Shown here: positions 1-14,542 of the stretch, piece after piece
Numbering within the stretch: position 1 is the first letter of the stretch
Layout of the letters: each line of letters starts with the position of its first letter
From: Chrysomallon squamiferum
Lineage: Eukaryota; Animalia; Mollusca
Direction: 5' to 3'
Assembly: GCA_012295275.1 (NCBI GenBank)
Contig: CM022670.1
Coordinates: 30,318,001-30,382,000, forward strand
Length of the DNA stretch: 64,000 nucleotides
Position numbers and translations under genes: made by a program
The notes under the pieces: generated by a model
What the model saw: the letters and a program-made list of their open reading frames with translations, nothing else
Told to the model about the DNA's origin: nothing
Database searches by the model: none

Positions 1-482
1 AAATATTTTAAGTACATACACGTACGTACATACCATAAGATTCTGATTACATTAAACGTAACTGTATATAAACTTTGCTTGCTCCCTGTTTTTTTTTTCT
101 GTTTTTTCAAAGTATATAAAAATAGTTTTCTGCACATATTAAAATTTATTTAGTAACATTCTTTTTTATATATCCTCTTTCCAGTCAATAAATAATTATA
201 AAAGCTATATACTCTTTAGAATTTAAAAATTAAAAATTATATTTCACTCTTATTTTTTTCATATATGATTTACATGTATATATCCTTTCCTCTGAGATGT
301 CCATCGTCTGGTACTATTATATTAAGAAACTGTCATTCAAAAAACCAAACAAAAAACAAAACAAAGAGAATTACTGTCGTCATGTGCTTGTCATATCGAC
401 AGCTTCAGAAATCAACACGTTATAGTATACACAAAGCATGAAGTATTACTTAGAAAAGCTATATAGACACTGCTTCTTTATG

Positions 483-526
<44 letters not shown>

Positions 527-673
527 CTTACATCTAGACAAATTTATAACGTAAATGATATTTCGAGTAATACATCGAAAGTTTAATGAATATATTGAAC
601 TATTCTACAGTCTCTTATATCTTTATATGTCTGTTGTTTATCCATCTATCTTAGTAGAGAGAGATGTTGATAG

Positions 674-721
<48 letters not shown>

Positions 722-1708
722 ACAAAGAGAGAGAGGCATCGTCAGTAACAGCAGTTGACACAGGCAACATGACACGAACTCGCTTTACAGTTCACTGCCA
801 TGCAGCCATAATTAACTGTGTTACTGATAAATAATATCATAGCCGATAAGAGATATCATCTAAAATAATTTTTTTAAATGTTATTATCTACAAGACCCTT
901 ACCTGAGTAGGCTAAAAACCATGCGCTGCACACCACAACCAGATTAACTGGTTTACAAACACTTCGCTTCGCCAATAGCCAGAAAAGAGTCCCGGCTTTG
1001 TGATAGAATAACCACGCCGGTTTTTAATCACGTGGCCATTTTAGTACAGTTCTGATTACGTTCGTCAATAAACCAGTTTACAATCGCGCGTTCTTTTTTA
1101 GAGCATGAACTAGTTCTGTCTCGTCGCTATGGTGAAATACTGTCCTCAATAAGCATATTGCTTCGGCTTGATCTGATGTGTTAATGTCAGTAGAAATGAA
1201 CTGTAATATGGATGAACGAATTATAAAGGTTGTTCTAATGATATTTAATGTTGTAACAGATGTTAGAAATGTAATAAAATAATCGATGATAAATAATTGG
1301 CGTATAAACAAAAACCAGCAAAACGGTATTAGCATCAACAGAAGTTGCAACAACAGTAACAATAAAAATAAAAGTAGTGCTACTGGTAGTAGTAATAGTA
1401 GAGTGGTGGCGGTCGTCACTGTGTTTAAATGATGATGGAGTATGTTTATATTATATATACTGAAATACGCGCATAATACATATGCACAAATTCACACACA
1501 TACCCACAATAACACATTTACACAAATAATTATATACACATATACAAATACAAACGAAGAAAATGTATCTTAAAGTCTACAAAGTTTTCCTTTTTCCATG
1601 GTAACCTTTATCTGTTTACAGTTAATGGGAAAGAAATTTATCTTTGTTTATGACGTATAATGTAAGCATAGATTATTGTTAAGTCAAATATAAGTATGTA
1701 GTTAGCTA

Positions 1709-2165
1709 GATAGATAGTAAGACTGACTGACTAATCAGCTGATAGATAACTATATAATAACGTTGATGATGATGATGTGTGACGATAATAATAATAATAA
1801 TAAACCAAAAAAATTAGTCTATTAATTAATTTATTAAATAAATAAATAAATAAATAAATAGCGGTATATTTTAAAATACATCATTTTGTTTTATTATTAT
1901 TATTTTATTATCATTATTTATTTATTTATAGATAGATAGATAGATAATTTGACTGACTGACTGATCAACTGATATATAACAACCATATAATAAGGTTGTT
2001 ACTGATGATGATATGATGTGTGTGTGACGATAATAATAATAATGATGATGATAATAATAATAAACAAAAAAATTAGTCATTTAATTAATTTATGAAAAAA
2101 AATTAACGGTATGTTTTAAAATACATATCGTTGTTTATTATTATTATTATTTTATTCTCATTATT
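1709..2165. repeat. Degenerate tandem duplication, ~220-bp unit, 2 copies
   Basis: tagatagata..gactgactgact..gtgtgacgataataataat..aaaaattagtc..cggtat.ttttaaaatacat occurs at ~1709-1925 and ~1929-2165. Confidence 0.75.
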
Positions 2166-2315
2166 TATTTATTTTATTTTATTTTATTTTAATATAATTA
2201 TTATTATTTTTAAAATCAGTTTTAAAATGTAATTCTATAACTTCAGAATCGTAAAAAGATTTGTATCCGTAATAATGGTGGTCATATTCAAAATGAATAA
2301 TCTTATAGATATAAA

Positions 2316-2392
<77 letters not shown>

Positions 2393-2522
2393 TGCATCTG
2401 AAACAAATTAACTTAAAAGCTGAGTCAACAATTATTTGACGTGTTCCCCTACAAACTGAACTTGATTTCGTTTTATACGATGAGAAATACATTTATATAA
2501 AAAGTTAAAACATCTAACGATA

Positions 2523-2572
<50 letters not shown>

Positions 2573-3100
2573 CGTATAGAAGCATGCCCCCCGCCCTCCG
2601 CTCACAGATATTTACACGCATTTAATTATACGATTACTTAAATACTCATTACATGCAAATATAGGCATGATTTTTTTTTTTATTAACATCTATCCTTATG
2701 CACAAGATAAAAAGTTCTTAACTTTTATATGGTCAGGGAGAAGATTCCCTTATCGATTATTTTACAATTATCCATTAAAACTAAAACACACAAACCTTTA
2801 CCTTCTGTCATTTCAGGTAGAAATTAATTTAATAGTAATCCATTTAATCAATTCACCTTCACTGGAACCTCTTTCCTGTGTCTGACTTTCACAAACCTCT
2901 GACGACTTTTACCACGCAAAACAGGTCATCCTTTCTTTTTTTCGCACTCATAATTTATAGAGTTAGGCTGAATTTATACAAACATTTGTGTTCAGAAAGT
3001 ATGTTCAAAATGACAGGTTAACCAATCTTGGTAATGATAATGGAGTCGATTTACCTTTGAGACTTCCGTGGTTCAGTGACTGTGTTACGCTAACAGCTAA

Positions 3101-3130
3101 CATACATACATACATACATACATACATACA

Positions 3131-3164
<34 letters not shown>

Positions 3165-3183
3165 CATACATACATACATACAT
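3101..3183. repeat. (CATA)n microsatellite
   Basis: Tetranucleotide run. One of many simple repeats in the window, for example (TG)n 484-525, (CA)n 673-724, (TTA)n 9440-9537 and (AAT)n 25081-25140. Confidence 0.95.
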
Positions 3184-3702
3184 GGATTTTATTGAATGCT
3201 TTAACAGAGGAATATAAAAGAGAAAAAAGACGAATATAATCGAAATACTGCCATACCAAAGTGATGTCCAAATTACGGTATCTTTATCCGAATAGATTAT
3301 AAATATATTAACAGAGGAAAATAGAAGAAAGAGAGAGAAAAAATAAGTGAAAGAATGTATAATAAAATCGATTTTGGACCATCATACATAGATGGTCAGA
3401 CTGTGGTAAGTTGTATGCATTGTATTTCAGTCCATTTATATACTTAACAAATCAAACAACACTCAAAGATAGAAGAAAGAAAAGAAATAATTTAATAGTT
3501 GAGGTTAGTAACAATTTAGGCAAAATATAATGTTTTTTTTTTTGTTGTTGTTGTTTTTTTCTCTAAATCTTTTTAAAGCACAAATACTAAGTGTACTTTT
3601 AAATGATGTTATGTTTATGTACATATAGACAAACATTCACAGACAATTACAGATATGCGCACAAATTCATATCCATATACATATATGTGTGTGTGGGTGT
3701 GG

Positions 3703-3766
<64 letters not shown>

Positions 3767-4529
3767 TTACATACCTACACCTATTAATTAATAAAGGTGA
3801 CTGGAAAATGTTTTAAATATATTTAAACAGTGATATATATGTGTACATAAATGCACTTTGCTTTCCTATCGATCCAGCAGACATTAATAATTAACTCCGC
3901 TGATAACGCTCTTTTAACAAACATCTGACATTATCTAAAATTATCTCAGTAGAAGTCTCGTATTGATCTCTCATTACAGGTTCCTCTTTACTTTCTTCTG
4001 AGTTTTCCATAACTGACTTCTTATGTCATAGCTCAACAGAGAGGAACCCAGTTTAACGTTCTTTGTGGGTAACAGCCAATAAACGAACTTAATACAGCAT
4101 ATATTCACTTAACAGTCAGCTTATATAAACGTCATAGTTTATGTAAAAATAAAGTGATATCTGGTTTAATTACCAACTTTTATAACAAGATAAAGCATAC
4201 TTAAAAGTTATATTTTCTTTCTTTCTTTCTTTGCTTATGCTCCCCCCCCCGTTCAGTATTAAATAATAATGTTATATAATAACGAACGAATATAGTTTTA
4301 AAATATCTAGGCATCGCCATTTTCTGCAGCTGTTACGTCATGGCATGACTTCACTGATTAGTTCTAAAGTTTCTCTCTGGTATACGATGACGTCACGAAT
4401 ACCGCCGTGAAGATTAAAACATGTTCAGATATTCTGTAACAATATTAGTGTCATACTTTGTTATCAGCGAAGATCGGTGGCCTAAAACAATAAAATAAGA
4501 ACTTCGAAATATAAAGAGTTCTGTTAGAC

Positions 4530-4826
4530 CAGGGGTGCCCAATACTTCGATCGTGATCGACCGGTCGATCACCAATGTAGTGCGGGTAGATCGCATGCCA
4601 TTCACTGCAAGTCATCAGCATAAATGTGTTCAGTTGTATGTACCGTAAGGGTTCATGCAGTGATGCAAGGTGCGTCAACATAATTATATTGTATATATAT
4701 ATATATATTAAGTATATTCAGTACATATATAAATAAATATATATGTCATTTTTTGAATACAGGTAGATCATTTTGACCTGGTCATTTTAAAACTAGCTCG
4801 CAAGCAGAAAAAGTGTAAGCACCCTG
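4530..4826. mobile_element. hAT-superfamily (Charlie/Buster-like) MITE, ~297 bp
   Basis: Termini CAGGGGTGCCCAA...GCACCCTG, flanked by a perfect 8-bp target-site duplication TGTTAGAC (4522-4529 and 4827-4834). Confidence 0.88.
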
Positions 4827-6354
4827 TGTTAGACCATTTATTTGATTGCTACATCATCTTTTTTATTTTTATTTTTGCTGACAAGGCGTGGACATAAAGT
4901 GCAAGATTACTCATATATTTAAAGTGTACAAATGGATGTATAAACAATTCGTCTAAAGGCTTATTCTGCGTTTTGAAATCATTACCTGTCCTTACACTTG
5001 TGTGTTCACAACTATATATGACTAGCATACGCATACATACACCAAAGCTGACATAATACAAGAAATAAACGATACAAAAGAAAAGAGCATACCTTCTTAA
5101 AAACACATTCCATAAGGATATTAAATATGGATTACTCATAGTCACTGCTCTTAGACATGAACATTTTCCTGTATAGATTTACATAGATGATATAGAATAC
5201 GAAAGCAAAACAAAGATACGCTTCCTTGCTTGATTATGCAGCTGACTAATTTGAATGTTGATAGTTTTTAACATATGAGATTAGTGGGACATTCCGAGCC
5301 GTGAGTTTCTCCGCTTAGAGAACTGCGTTTTGTAACGATATGATCAATGTCTACTATTGGCTGTTAAAACGTTACGCGCAAAGAAAGAAAAGAACATTGT
5401 TATCATGTATTTTTATAATTAAAAGTACAGCACAGAGTTTGTTATTCACAGTCGCCTGCATGGTATGAAGTGAGATTAAGTTAGGACCAATTTGATATGT
5501 TAAGGAAAAACAGAAAACAGTGCATCTAAATATCGCTGAGAAAACTTTCCACAGCGTTAACGAGGCCCTATTAGAGTATGGTTAAGGGCCTTACTATGTA
5601 GGATAAAAAACGGTTTATCGTCATATTGTATATATATATATATATTTATTTAAATGAAGGACGTAACTCATTGCATCCTGCATTGCTTGCAAAAAGCAAG
5701 CTACTTCTTCAATGAATAATTAAAATATTTGTAAGAAATATAGACAACTTTTTGAATATGTAATTTATTCGTCAACAAATGCATCGCTACATATATAAAT
5801 AAGAAATTCATATTTCTCACATCGTGCAATTAAAACTATAAGTTTGGCTAAAGTAAGCATTTCATTGTAATTTTAGAAAAAAAAGAAAGGTCTTTAAAGC
5901 AAGCCTTTGACTAATATTTTGACACATTTACAAAAGGCGAGAGTCAGTATTGATAAAATAGTTATAAATTTATAAATAATTCTTGTTTTCTTTTGGGTTT
6001 GTGACAAAGACTATTTATTTATCAAATATAATGTAAATAAAATTTATTTTAGTAAAGTAATGTTATACAAATGTTTTGACATGAAAATAACTTTGAATTA
6101 ATAGAAGAGTGTGAAGCAAAAAGCATTGATTTCGCAAAATGAAATATAAAGAAAAATTATATTAGGTACATAAAAATGTTGTTTTGATTACATATATGCA
6201 TAACCAAACCATTAATCAAAATTCGTTCCTAGAATTCTTGTAAAATTAAAAACTAGTAATACCACAAAATCTAATGCACGTGTTTTGCACGTATAATACA
6301 TTGCAGAAGTACTATTGTTTTACTATTTTGATTGGGAATCAGATTTACGGTTCA

Positions 6355-8151
6355 TTACACTGCCGTCTGGCGGAAAGGTCTGGTTGTCGAAACAGCATGA
6401 ATGCAGATTTGTTCTAGGTTTGGTTTGTTTCCATCGTGCACTGTCGACGTTAAAGTTTTTTGTTTGCTGCTGTCAGTTTTATTTGTCGTGTTTATGTTAC
6501 TTTCTGATACCACTCCTTCTTCATTAACGCTATTTTCAAAAACATTTGGTTCAAAGTTGGAAGCATCATCTAAATCTGTACATATCCAACTACCATTAGA
6601 AATTATGCTGTTTTCATTTCGGTTACGTCCCTTTGGAGAACTCGGCGGAGAGGTGACGTAACCTTCATCAGAGACAATGCTAAACATTTTACGACTACAT
6701 GGCACGCTGGAGCTGGAAATTGAAAAATCATGTTCAGCTGAAGAGCTTAATCCAATGTCAGTGTAACCCGAAATATTTAAGTTTGAGTCATGGTAAGCTT
6801 TGCCCTTCGATATAACTGAGGCAGGCACGGACAACGAAGGAGTACAATGTGCATCGGCATTTTCAGTCGCTTTGTTTCTATGTACAGTCTCTAGCTCTTT
6901 GTTTGCATCGTTGTTATTATCACTGTTTACAACAGAGCAAACGTTATAGCTGCTGTTGTTATGTGAAAGACTTGGCGTGGACGAGCCTTCTACAGATATA
7001 ATATTCTTCATATCATTAACAGTTTTAATAGCACTGAAAGCTTGCTTAGTTATTGCTTTGGAATAATCCATCGAAAGACTTGTAGAATTGTCAGAGACAG
7101 TGTCTAAACAAATTTTCTTATTTCTTGTGTCTGAATTTGTATAAATATTTTGTACATTTCCACTGACATCGCTGTTATTCTTGTTACCTTTGCTAATTAT
7201 TAAATCTTCCTGGGATATGTTCTTCTTTGATGGCGAGGAAATCTTTTGTATACCACGTACAACATTATCACTACTCCCGAAACCATCAGTAATAGTATTT
7301 CTGTTGACTTGATTTCTGTTGTTTCTAACACCATTTTCTACTTTATCACAATTCTGTTTTATATCTAGCATTATATTTTTCTCGCTCACTTTATCATATT
7401 CTGACATTTTAGAACTCAGAACTTTAGCAAAAGTCTCTTTATCTATTTCTTTTTCGTCATGTTTGTTCTTCTTTTGATCGTTCATTGACGTTTCACTGTT
7501 CCCATACTGCATCAGAACAGCACGCAGTGGATTTGGAAAATTGCCTTTCAGACTGTTGAGATCGACGTCTTTAAACAGACCTCGCTGCTTGCTGTCAACG
7601 CTGGCGCCAGATAATACGGCATCGCATTGAATACTGGCACGACGTAGCTTCGGTTGAATATTTTCATTACTACAACCTTTCTCTTCTTGTCTCGAAATGG
7701 GAAACTGAAGATAAGAATTTCCACTGGATACACAAAAGGACTGGCTTCTTCCTAGCTTGCCACTGATGTTGACAATAGGGATATCCTCAGATCTAGACCT
7801 TCTCAAACACTCGCTCGATCGGCTGGATTCCAAAGCGTGTGGTTGTGATCCGTAGAAGTTGTGCATCAGAGAAGTCCACGAATGATGCTTCTTGAGACGC
7901 TCGTCCTCGCTGTGACATTCCTGCTCCACAATGTGCGAGTCAGCCAGACTAACAGGTTGTCTGCTTCGAGAAGGTTGCGTGTTCGCGAACGAGTGTCGTC
8001 TTTGGGAAGACCAGCCGCAACCATTGCTGTCTCTGTTGTTGTTAATTAAGACATCGACGCCGCTGTCGTTTTCTGTGGTTTCCTCGCTAATTTTGGCCAA
8101 GCTTGTCGACGAAGACCTCAAGGAAGAGGCGGACATTCGTTTTAGTGTATT
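6355..8151 (-). CDS. Large terminal coding exon (~598 aa, Ser/Asn-rich, probably disordered) of a spliced gene; ends in class I PDZ-binding motif -RQTAV*; putative Dapper/DACT-like protein
   Basis: 1.8-kb stop-free frame in very AT-rich DNA. Phase-0 acceptor ttgttctttcag|AAT ACA CTA at 8151. Contains basophilic kinase motifs (RRHSF, RRSRS, RRASI), SDEGYVTSPPSSP, and C-terminal T-A-V. Coding status is well supported; the family call rests on the upstream exon and is inference. Confidence 0.8.
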   Translation of the reverse strand, partial: NTLKRMSASSLRSSSTSLAKISEETTENDSGVDVLINNNRDSNGCGWSSQRRHSFANTQPSRSRQPVSLADSHIVEQECHSEDERLKKHHSWTSLMHNFYGSQPHALESSRSSECLRRSRSEDIPIVNISGKLGRSQSFCVSSGNSYLQFPISRQEEKGCSNENIQPKLRRASIQCDAVLSGASVDSKQRGLFKDVDLNSLKGNFPNPLRAVLMQYGNSETSMNDQKKNKHDEKEIDKETFAKVLSSKMSEYDKVSEKNIMLDIKQNCDKVENGVRNNRNQVNRNTITDGFGSSDNVVRGIQKISSPSKKNISQEDLIISKGNKNNSDVSGNVQNIYTNSDTRNKKICLDTVSDNSTSLSMDYSKAITKQAFSAIKTVNDMKNIISVEGSSTPSLSHNNSSYNVCSVVNSDNNNDANKELETVHRNKATENADAHCTPSLSVPASVISKGKAYHDSNLNISGYTDIGLSSSAEHDFSISSSSVPCSRKMFSIVSDEGYVTSPPSSPKGRNRNENSIISNGSWICTDLDDASNFEPNVFENSVNEEGVVSESNINTTNKTDSSKQKTLTSTVHDGNKPNLEQICIHAVSTTRPFRQTAV

Positions 8152-8218
8152 CTGAAAGAACAAATTTGATAACAATGATAAGTTTTGGGAATTTTAGTAT
8201 TAAATTTTAAGAATCTAC

Positions 8219-8284
8219 CACCAAACAATTTTTCTGATTTTGATCCCCATTTCTCGTGTGTAGGTTTTGTTCTTTAATATACTT
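8219..8284 (-). CDS. Candidate 66-nt internal exon (KYIKEQNLHTRNGDQNQKNCLV) of the same gene
   Basis: Acceptor taacttttcag|AAG at 8284, 22 open codons, donor GTG|gtagat at 8219, then a 67-nt intron to the large exon. Phase 0-0, so compatible with the flanking exons. The donor is non-optimal. Confidence 0.5.
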
Positions 8285-9050
8285 CTGAAAAGTTAACATT
8301 TTTATTTTAATTAATTATATTAAGAATTGGATGAATTAATGTATGAATGATTAAATGAATACATGAATTTAAGAATTAGTGAATGACATTATGCTGATAT
8401 TTATTTGTATGAAAATCAATATATACTGATTCATGATGCTCCATTTAGAGTACAGGGAAAATCATCTGACATGAATATATTTTATATGATTGCCGAATTT
8501 TAGAGGTAATAAATGAAAAGACTGCCACATTCTTGTAGATCAAAACAACATAAAAATATTACATTTTAATTTTTCTGTTATAAATAATACAAAGCAATAA
8601 AAAATAAAATAAAATGAACAAACAAAATAATAATAATAATGATAAATAAATAAATAAATAAATAAAAACGTAGCGTTTTTTTTTTTTTTTTTTTTTTTTA
8701 ATCTTTTTTTCTTTGCATCTAACGTACGACAAATCGTACGGATAAACAGTATGTTGAAATAAAAATAGTCTTCCATTTGGAACATTTATCCTTCATAATC
8801 CATGACATGTATCCAATTCTTTTCCTATCTTCCTTGTTCACGGATAATAAACAGTCTTTAGCACATACCTTGAGCCTTGAAAAAAATTAATGTGCTAGCA
8901 CATAGCAGAGATATCTACTATATAATGACAGATGTGTATCCGCAAATAGTACCCTGACACGTATTAAAGTTGTTAATCCTTTTGACAGACTACAGGACTA
9001 ATAACTGTGTTAAGCAAAGATACTCAAAGATCAACCAATCAACAAAAAAA

Positions 9051-9081
<31 letters not shown>

Positions 9082-9113
9082 ACACCTTTTACTTAAGATC
9101 ATTACACAAAACC

Positions 9114-9259
<146 letters not shown>

Positions 9260-9470
9260 CATATGTTTGATACCTAATTTTACATTTACAAACATTGTTG
9301 GAATATATATTTATAAATCTGTTCATTTGTATATAAGCACACAGACACATACATCTACATATAGATTAATAAGCAACCCTACGTAGATAAATATTTATCC
9401 AAACTGGCACTTTAAACATGTGTTGTTGTTATTGTTGTTGTTATTGTTATTGTTATTGTTATTGTTATTA

Positions 9471-9537
<67 letters not shown>

Positions 9538-9829
9538 GTAAATATGCAAAAGACTCTTTTTATCGTTTAATGTAAGTTATAGATACTTTTTATAAACTTT
9601 TTATGTGTATGTCTGTAATTGTGTTTTTCTTTATTACATAGCGTTAATTTGATTTCTTTGGGTAATTTTCATATATAAATTTGTTACCTGTAGTATTTAA
9701 ACATGCATACACTTTTTAAAAAATAATGTTATTATTCTCTATTTATTTATTTTTATTTTTTAATTATCTTTTGAACTGACGACATCTCGTTCTTTTGTGA
9801 ATTTTGTTTTTGTTTTTGTTTGTTGATGC

Positions 9830-9974
<145 letters not shown>

Positions 9975-11018
9975 AGTCTTAAAATTTCCTTCCATTATGA
10001 ATTTTGTTTTCCTATTTGCACTACGTACTCGAGGCTCAACATGCCCCCCCCCTTCTTCTCACTTTCAAAGTTATATATTTGTAGAAATCTTTTATAGAAA
10101 ACAAATATATATGCATAGCTAAAATTCACTTTTCCCAGAAAAGTAAGACAAAAAAATAAAATAAAATAAAATAAAATAAAGAAGTAAAAAGCAGTTTAGG
10201 TCATTATTTGCTTCTAGGGTGGATAAAAATATCCAGGAATTATCGCTCAGAGTGTTTCGCATGCTTTCTCGATGACTCGAGTGGGTTAACTTGGGGATCA
10301 GGCATTTCAATGGATCGTTATGTAACTGTCAAATTGCTAGTGTTTTAGTGTGTTTTATTCTGAGTCAACATATTCCTCAATACATTTGAATATAATATGT
10401 AAATAATTGTGAATTTCTATTTATGCTTGTCTATTATATGAATATATGTATGTTTTTGTTCTATTCACTCACAATGCCATCTCCATAATACAAATATAAA
10501 TATAAACATGTATATGTATGTACGTGTGTGTGTGTGTATGTGTGTGTGTGTGTGTGTGTGTATATGTATATGTGAAATTACATATTATGGATGTATGTAT
10601 GGATGTATGTATGTAATGTGTGTATGTATGTATTATGTGTGTGTACATATTTTTATGGTATTTATTTATATTTTGATGATCCACTTCACTACATAATTAA
10701 AAATATAGACAAATTATTCAAAATACTGTTAAATTTCTTAGATCATAAAACTAAATAAAATGTAATGTATATCAAAATAAACAAATATATATATAAATGT
10801 TCTTCTCGACTGAGTCTGGTCCATCTTGGAGTATTAGCCATGTTTTCAGAGATCTTGTAACAGATGTGCCAACAGGATCCATACATTAACTTTAAATCCG
10901 TCAAAAAAAAAAAAAAAAAAAAAAAAAAATCCACAAACACACACAAACAGAGACAGACAGACTCACAAAATAAACCGACGCAGAGACAGACGTACGCACA
11001 CGCATATATATTTATATA

Positions 11019-11893
11019 CAGTATTCCCTCGCTATTCGCGGGGGTTACGTTCTTTACCCCCCCCCGCGAATAGCGAAAAACCGCGAATATTGGATGCAGT
11101 TTTAAAACGTCTATTATGAGATTATATACGGTACTAAATGCTTCCCAAACACTTTCTAAAGACACTCTTACTCATTAATACAGTAATAATGTAGTAATAT
11201 TGCATGCAGTTATGTATTTCACTAATGTAGTAATGATAATGTAAACACATTTTAATTTTGTACTGAAACAATATTTTAATCAGAAAGAAACGTAAGTGCA
11301 GGAGGACAGTAACACCGCATAGCATAGTTACCCATACAGTATTACTGTACCGTAAAGTCATTTTCTATGCGTACAACATTTGTATTAGAATTGACAGAAA
11401 GTGGAACAAATTTAAAGGCAAACAGACAGATAAATACAGTACGCACAGTTCAGGTAATAATATGCAATTAAAAACATTATTAATACACGGTCACAAAAAA
11501 TATGCACTGTACATACAGTGTATGCATTTATAAAAAAATACGTACTGTATTGCAATAATAATTGAAAAAATTTGATACTGTTTGTGCTGTCACCAATAAT
11601 GAATGATAATAAAATGATGATGAAATTTGCAGTGCCATACGATGATGATGATAACACTAATGTACAGTATGGCACAGCTTAGCTGCTGCTTTACAGCACT
11701 TTAGGTAATTATTCCTACTCTTCAGGCACTTAAGTCTCTATGACCTACAAAAACCCGGTTTACCGAGCATTTGTTTTTATGACGTTATGACACTAGTCCG
11801 GTATACCAGCATACGATGCGATAGGGTTAAGAGCCTAACCCGCGAATATGCGGGGCCGCGAATGGGGAACCGCGAATAGGTGAGGGTATACTG
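11019..11893. mobile_element. Tc1/mariner (pogo/Tigger-like) MITE, ~875 bp, intronic
   Basis: TIRs CAGTATTCCCTCGCTATTCGCG and CGCGAATAGGTGAGGGTATACTG, TA on both sides, and repeated subterminal CCGCGAAT motifs at both ends. Confidence 0.85.
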
Positions 11894-12218
11894 TATATAT
11901 TTTTGAACCAGGTCGTATTCAGGATAAATATCACAGGTACATAGGAATGTCCTTCTGTGTAGATATATCTTACCAGGGGTGTTCAAATGTTATTTATGGG
12001 GCATGACATGGGTCACCTCTGCTTTCTTGACACAGTGCCAGGGAGCCGTGTTAGCTCACAAGGACATGTCGGAAACGCCCAGTGGTATTAAAAGATGAAA
12101 TAATTTCTTAACGGACCGGTAACCAGAAATACCATCGTACTTTTGTTAGAAGGGAATAAATACATAAACAAATTTTAAGCGAAACGAACACATAAAATTC
12201 ACCTTTCACGTCTACCTG

Positions 12219-12249
<31 letters not shown>

Positions 12250-14490
12250 GCGTGTGAATTTAAAAACAAAACTGTCTTGTAATTTAATTTAACTGTCTGT
12301 ATTGATACTTAGATTTCAATTAATATTCCAGTATAATTAGGATCTGATATTATTCATTCATTGTAGTGATTAATTATTAATAGATTGCTATCAGGTGGTA
12401 TTTATGTATGACTAAACATTATCCTCTATCCAGACGTTCAACAAACACATGTCAAGAAGAAACACGCTTGACTACCTTACCAACTCTTTACAACACTGTC
12501 AAATTACAATAACAGTTTATCTGGGTCAATGATAATCTGTTTTCTTTCGTCTTTCTTTACTAAATAGTGATGTCAAACTCGATAACATCTACTGACATAT
12601 GCTTTGAGGTCATAAAGTTAGGAGAAGTATGATGATTATAATTTTGAAGAAGAAAAAATTCAAATAGTTTCTGTATTGTTGTTACAACAATATTATATTT
12701 TTGTTAACCTTAGAAAGAAGCTTGGGAACATTGCATGAGTGTTTGGGTTTATATATGAGTGCTGTGTGGAATATTTTCTCGTTAGGAGTCTTAATCTTTC
12801 AGTGTATAAAAAAAATAAAAAAAAGACAAAAAGAAAGACACACAGAGACAGTCGGAGAGAGAGAGAAGGGTTATAAGTTAATTTATTTGCTTCTTATTTG
12901 ATAAGCTTTCTACCTTTGTAAACTAATTCCCAGTTTTTTACTCTATATTATTATTATTATTGTTGTTGTTGTTGTTTAGTCAACATTACATTCATATATT
13001 AGTCACGATACTTAATAAAATGAATTTTCAAAGTGTAACATAAGTGATATTTTTATTTGTGTTTTTAAAAAGTTGCGTTAAAAAAAAAAACTGATATTGT
13101 TTGTATTGACAGTAAATATCTAAACAAAACATGTTGTTTTGAAAATAAAACAGTTCATTAAAAGTTTTGAAAATGGCAGTTTGAGAATTCCTATTCTGTA
13201 TTCAATTTAAATCCTGTACTTCTTTTTAAAAGAATAAATTAATAATATATCTCAATAAATTTACTATTTTAACTACTCTGTATAAATTGAATGAGTTTCA
13301 GACGACAGATGTAAATGAATACTGTTAAGAAAACAAACATAATCTGGGTCATTTTAACCTGTGATCGTTGAAAACAGAAAATACACGTTAGGTCGTCATG
13401 CTTTTTGTCCGAGAAAGAAATGTTTACATTCCTAAAGAGTGATATTTACTGAAAACCAGTAAAGGCTTCTGTTTCTTCTCATAATACTGCATATTGCGAG
13501 GATGCAGCAATTAAAAAAATCTCAGTTACACAACAACACGGCATGCTAATGGTTAAGGTAAAAGAAAAATTATAATGTATAAATCACATACTAATGTTTG
13601 TTGATTGGGAATTTAGGCAAGAAAGATATGCGGTCTTAGCAATTTTTTATTATTGTTTTTAAATTCATTTGTAAACTTTACTTACTTAACGTGTGAAAGA
13701 AAACACACAAAACAGTTATATGTTACAGATATACTCCTTGCCGAACTCCGCGTTTGGAGCGTTAATCTGTTCCACGTTCCAATGTTTTTACTTATGGACA
13801 ACAATTCAGCTTTGTAACACTTATTTATAATAAATAATGACTGCATGGGTTGAAAGCATTTTATTTTTTATTTTTTTTTATAGCATATATCGAAGAAAAC
13901 ATAAAAATCACGCAATAGCTATGTATATTCAAAGATTTCTGGTATGTTAAATATCTAATAAAGTAATTTATTTATTTATTTGTTTGTTCATATATTTTAA
14001 AAAATATATATATTAAACAGTACATTCTTCTCTTCATTATATACAATAAATACATAAGTAAACTATGGTAAGCAACTACATAAAAAAAAATCTTCATATA
14101 CTAACTGAATTAACTCAGCCAGGGTGATATTATTATATTCTTTAAACAGAGGTCATATTTAAATTTAATTAACGTGTTTTGTTTTTATCTGCAGTGGTAT
14201 GTAAAACAAAATGACACTGTAACGGGCGGTATTAGTGTGTACATGTTCAGGGAAACCTTTGACAACAGTTTACAACAGATAACAAGCTGTACACATACAT
14301 AACGATAGGTGCAAACAGTAAGACGCTGTCAGAAATTAAAAATTCAAAACAACAAAGATTCATGTATGCGTATTCATGTAAAATATATCAAAAGCACTAT
14401 CATCTGTTGCAGCAATGACAACAAAAAAGGAAAGAAGAAGATAAAGAAAAATATGATAATGATAAAGAAATCAAGAAAAAATACAACAGA

Positions 14491-14542
<52 letters not shown>

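Noticed and set aside
11973-12130. Additional exon of the DACT-like gene ending at the donor-like site near 11972
   Set aside because: The sequence begins CAGGGGTGTTCAAA, resembling a hAT terminal repeat remnant, and I found no convincing acceptor or open frame.
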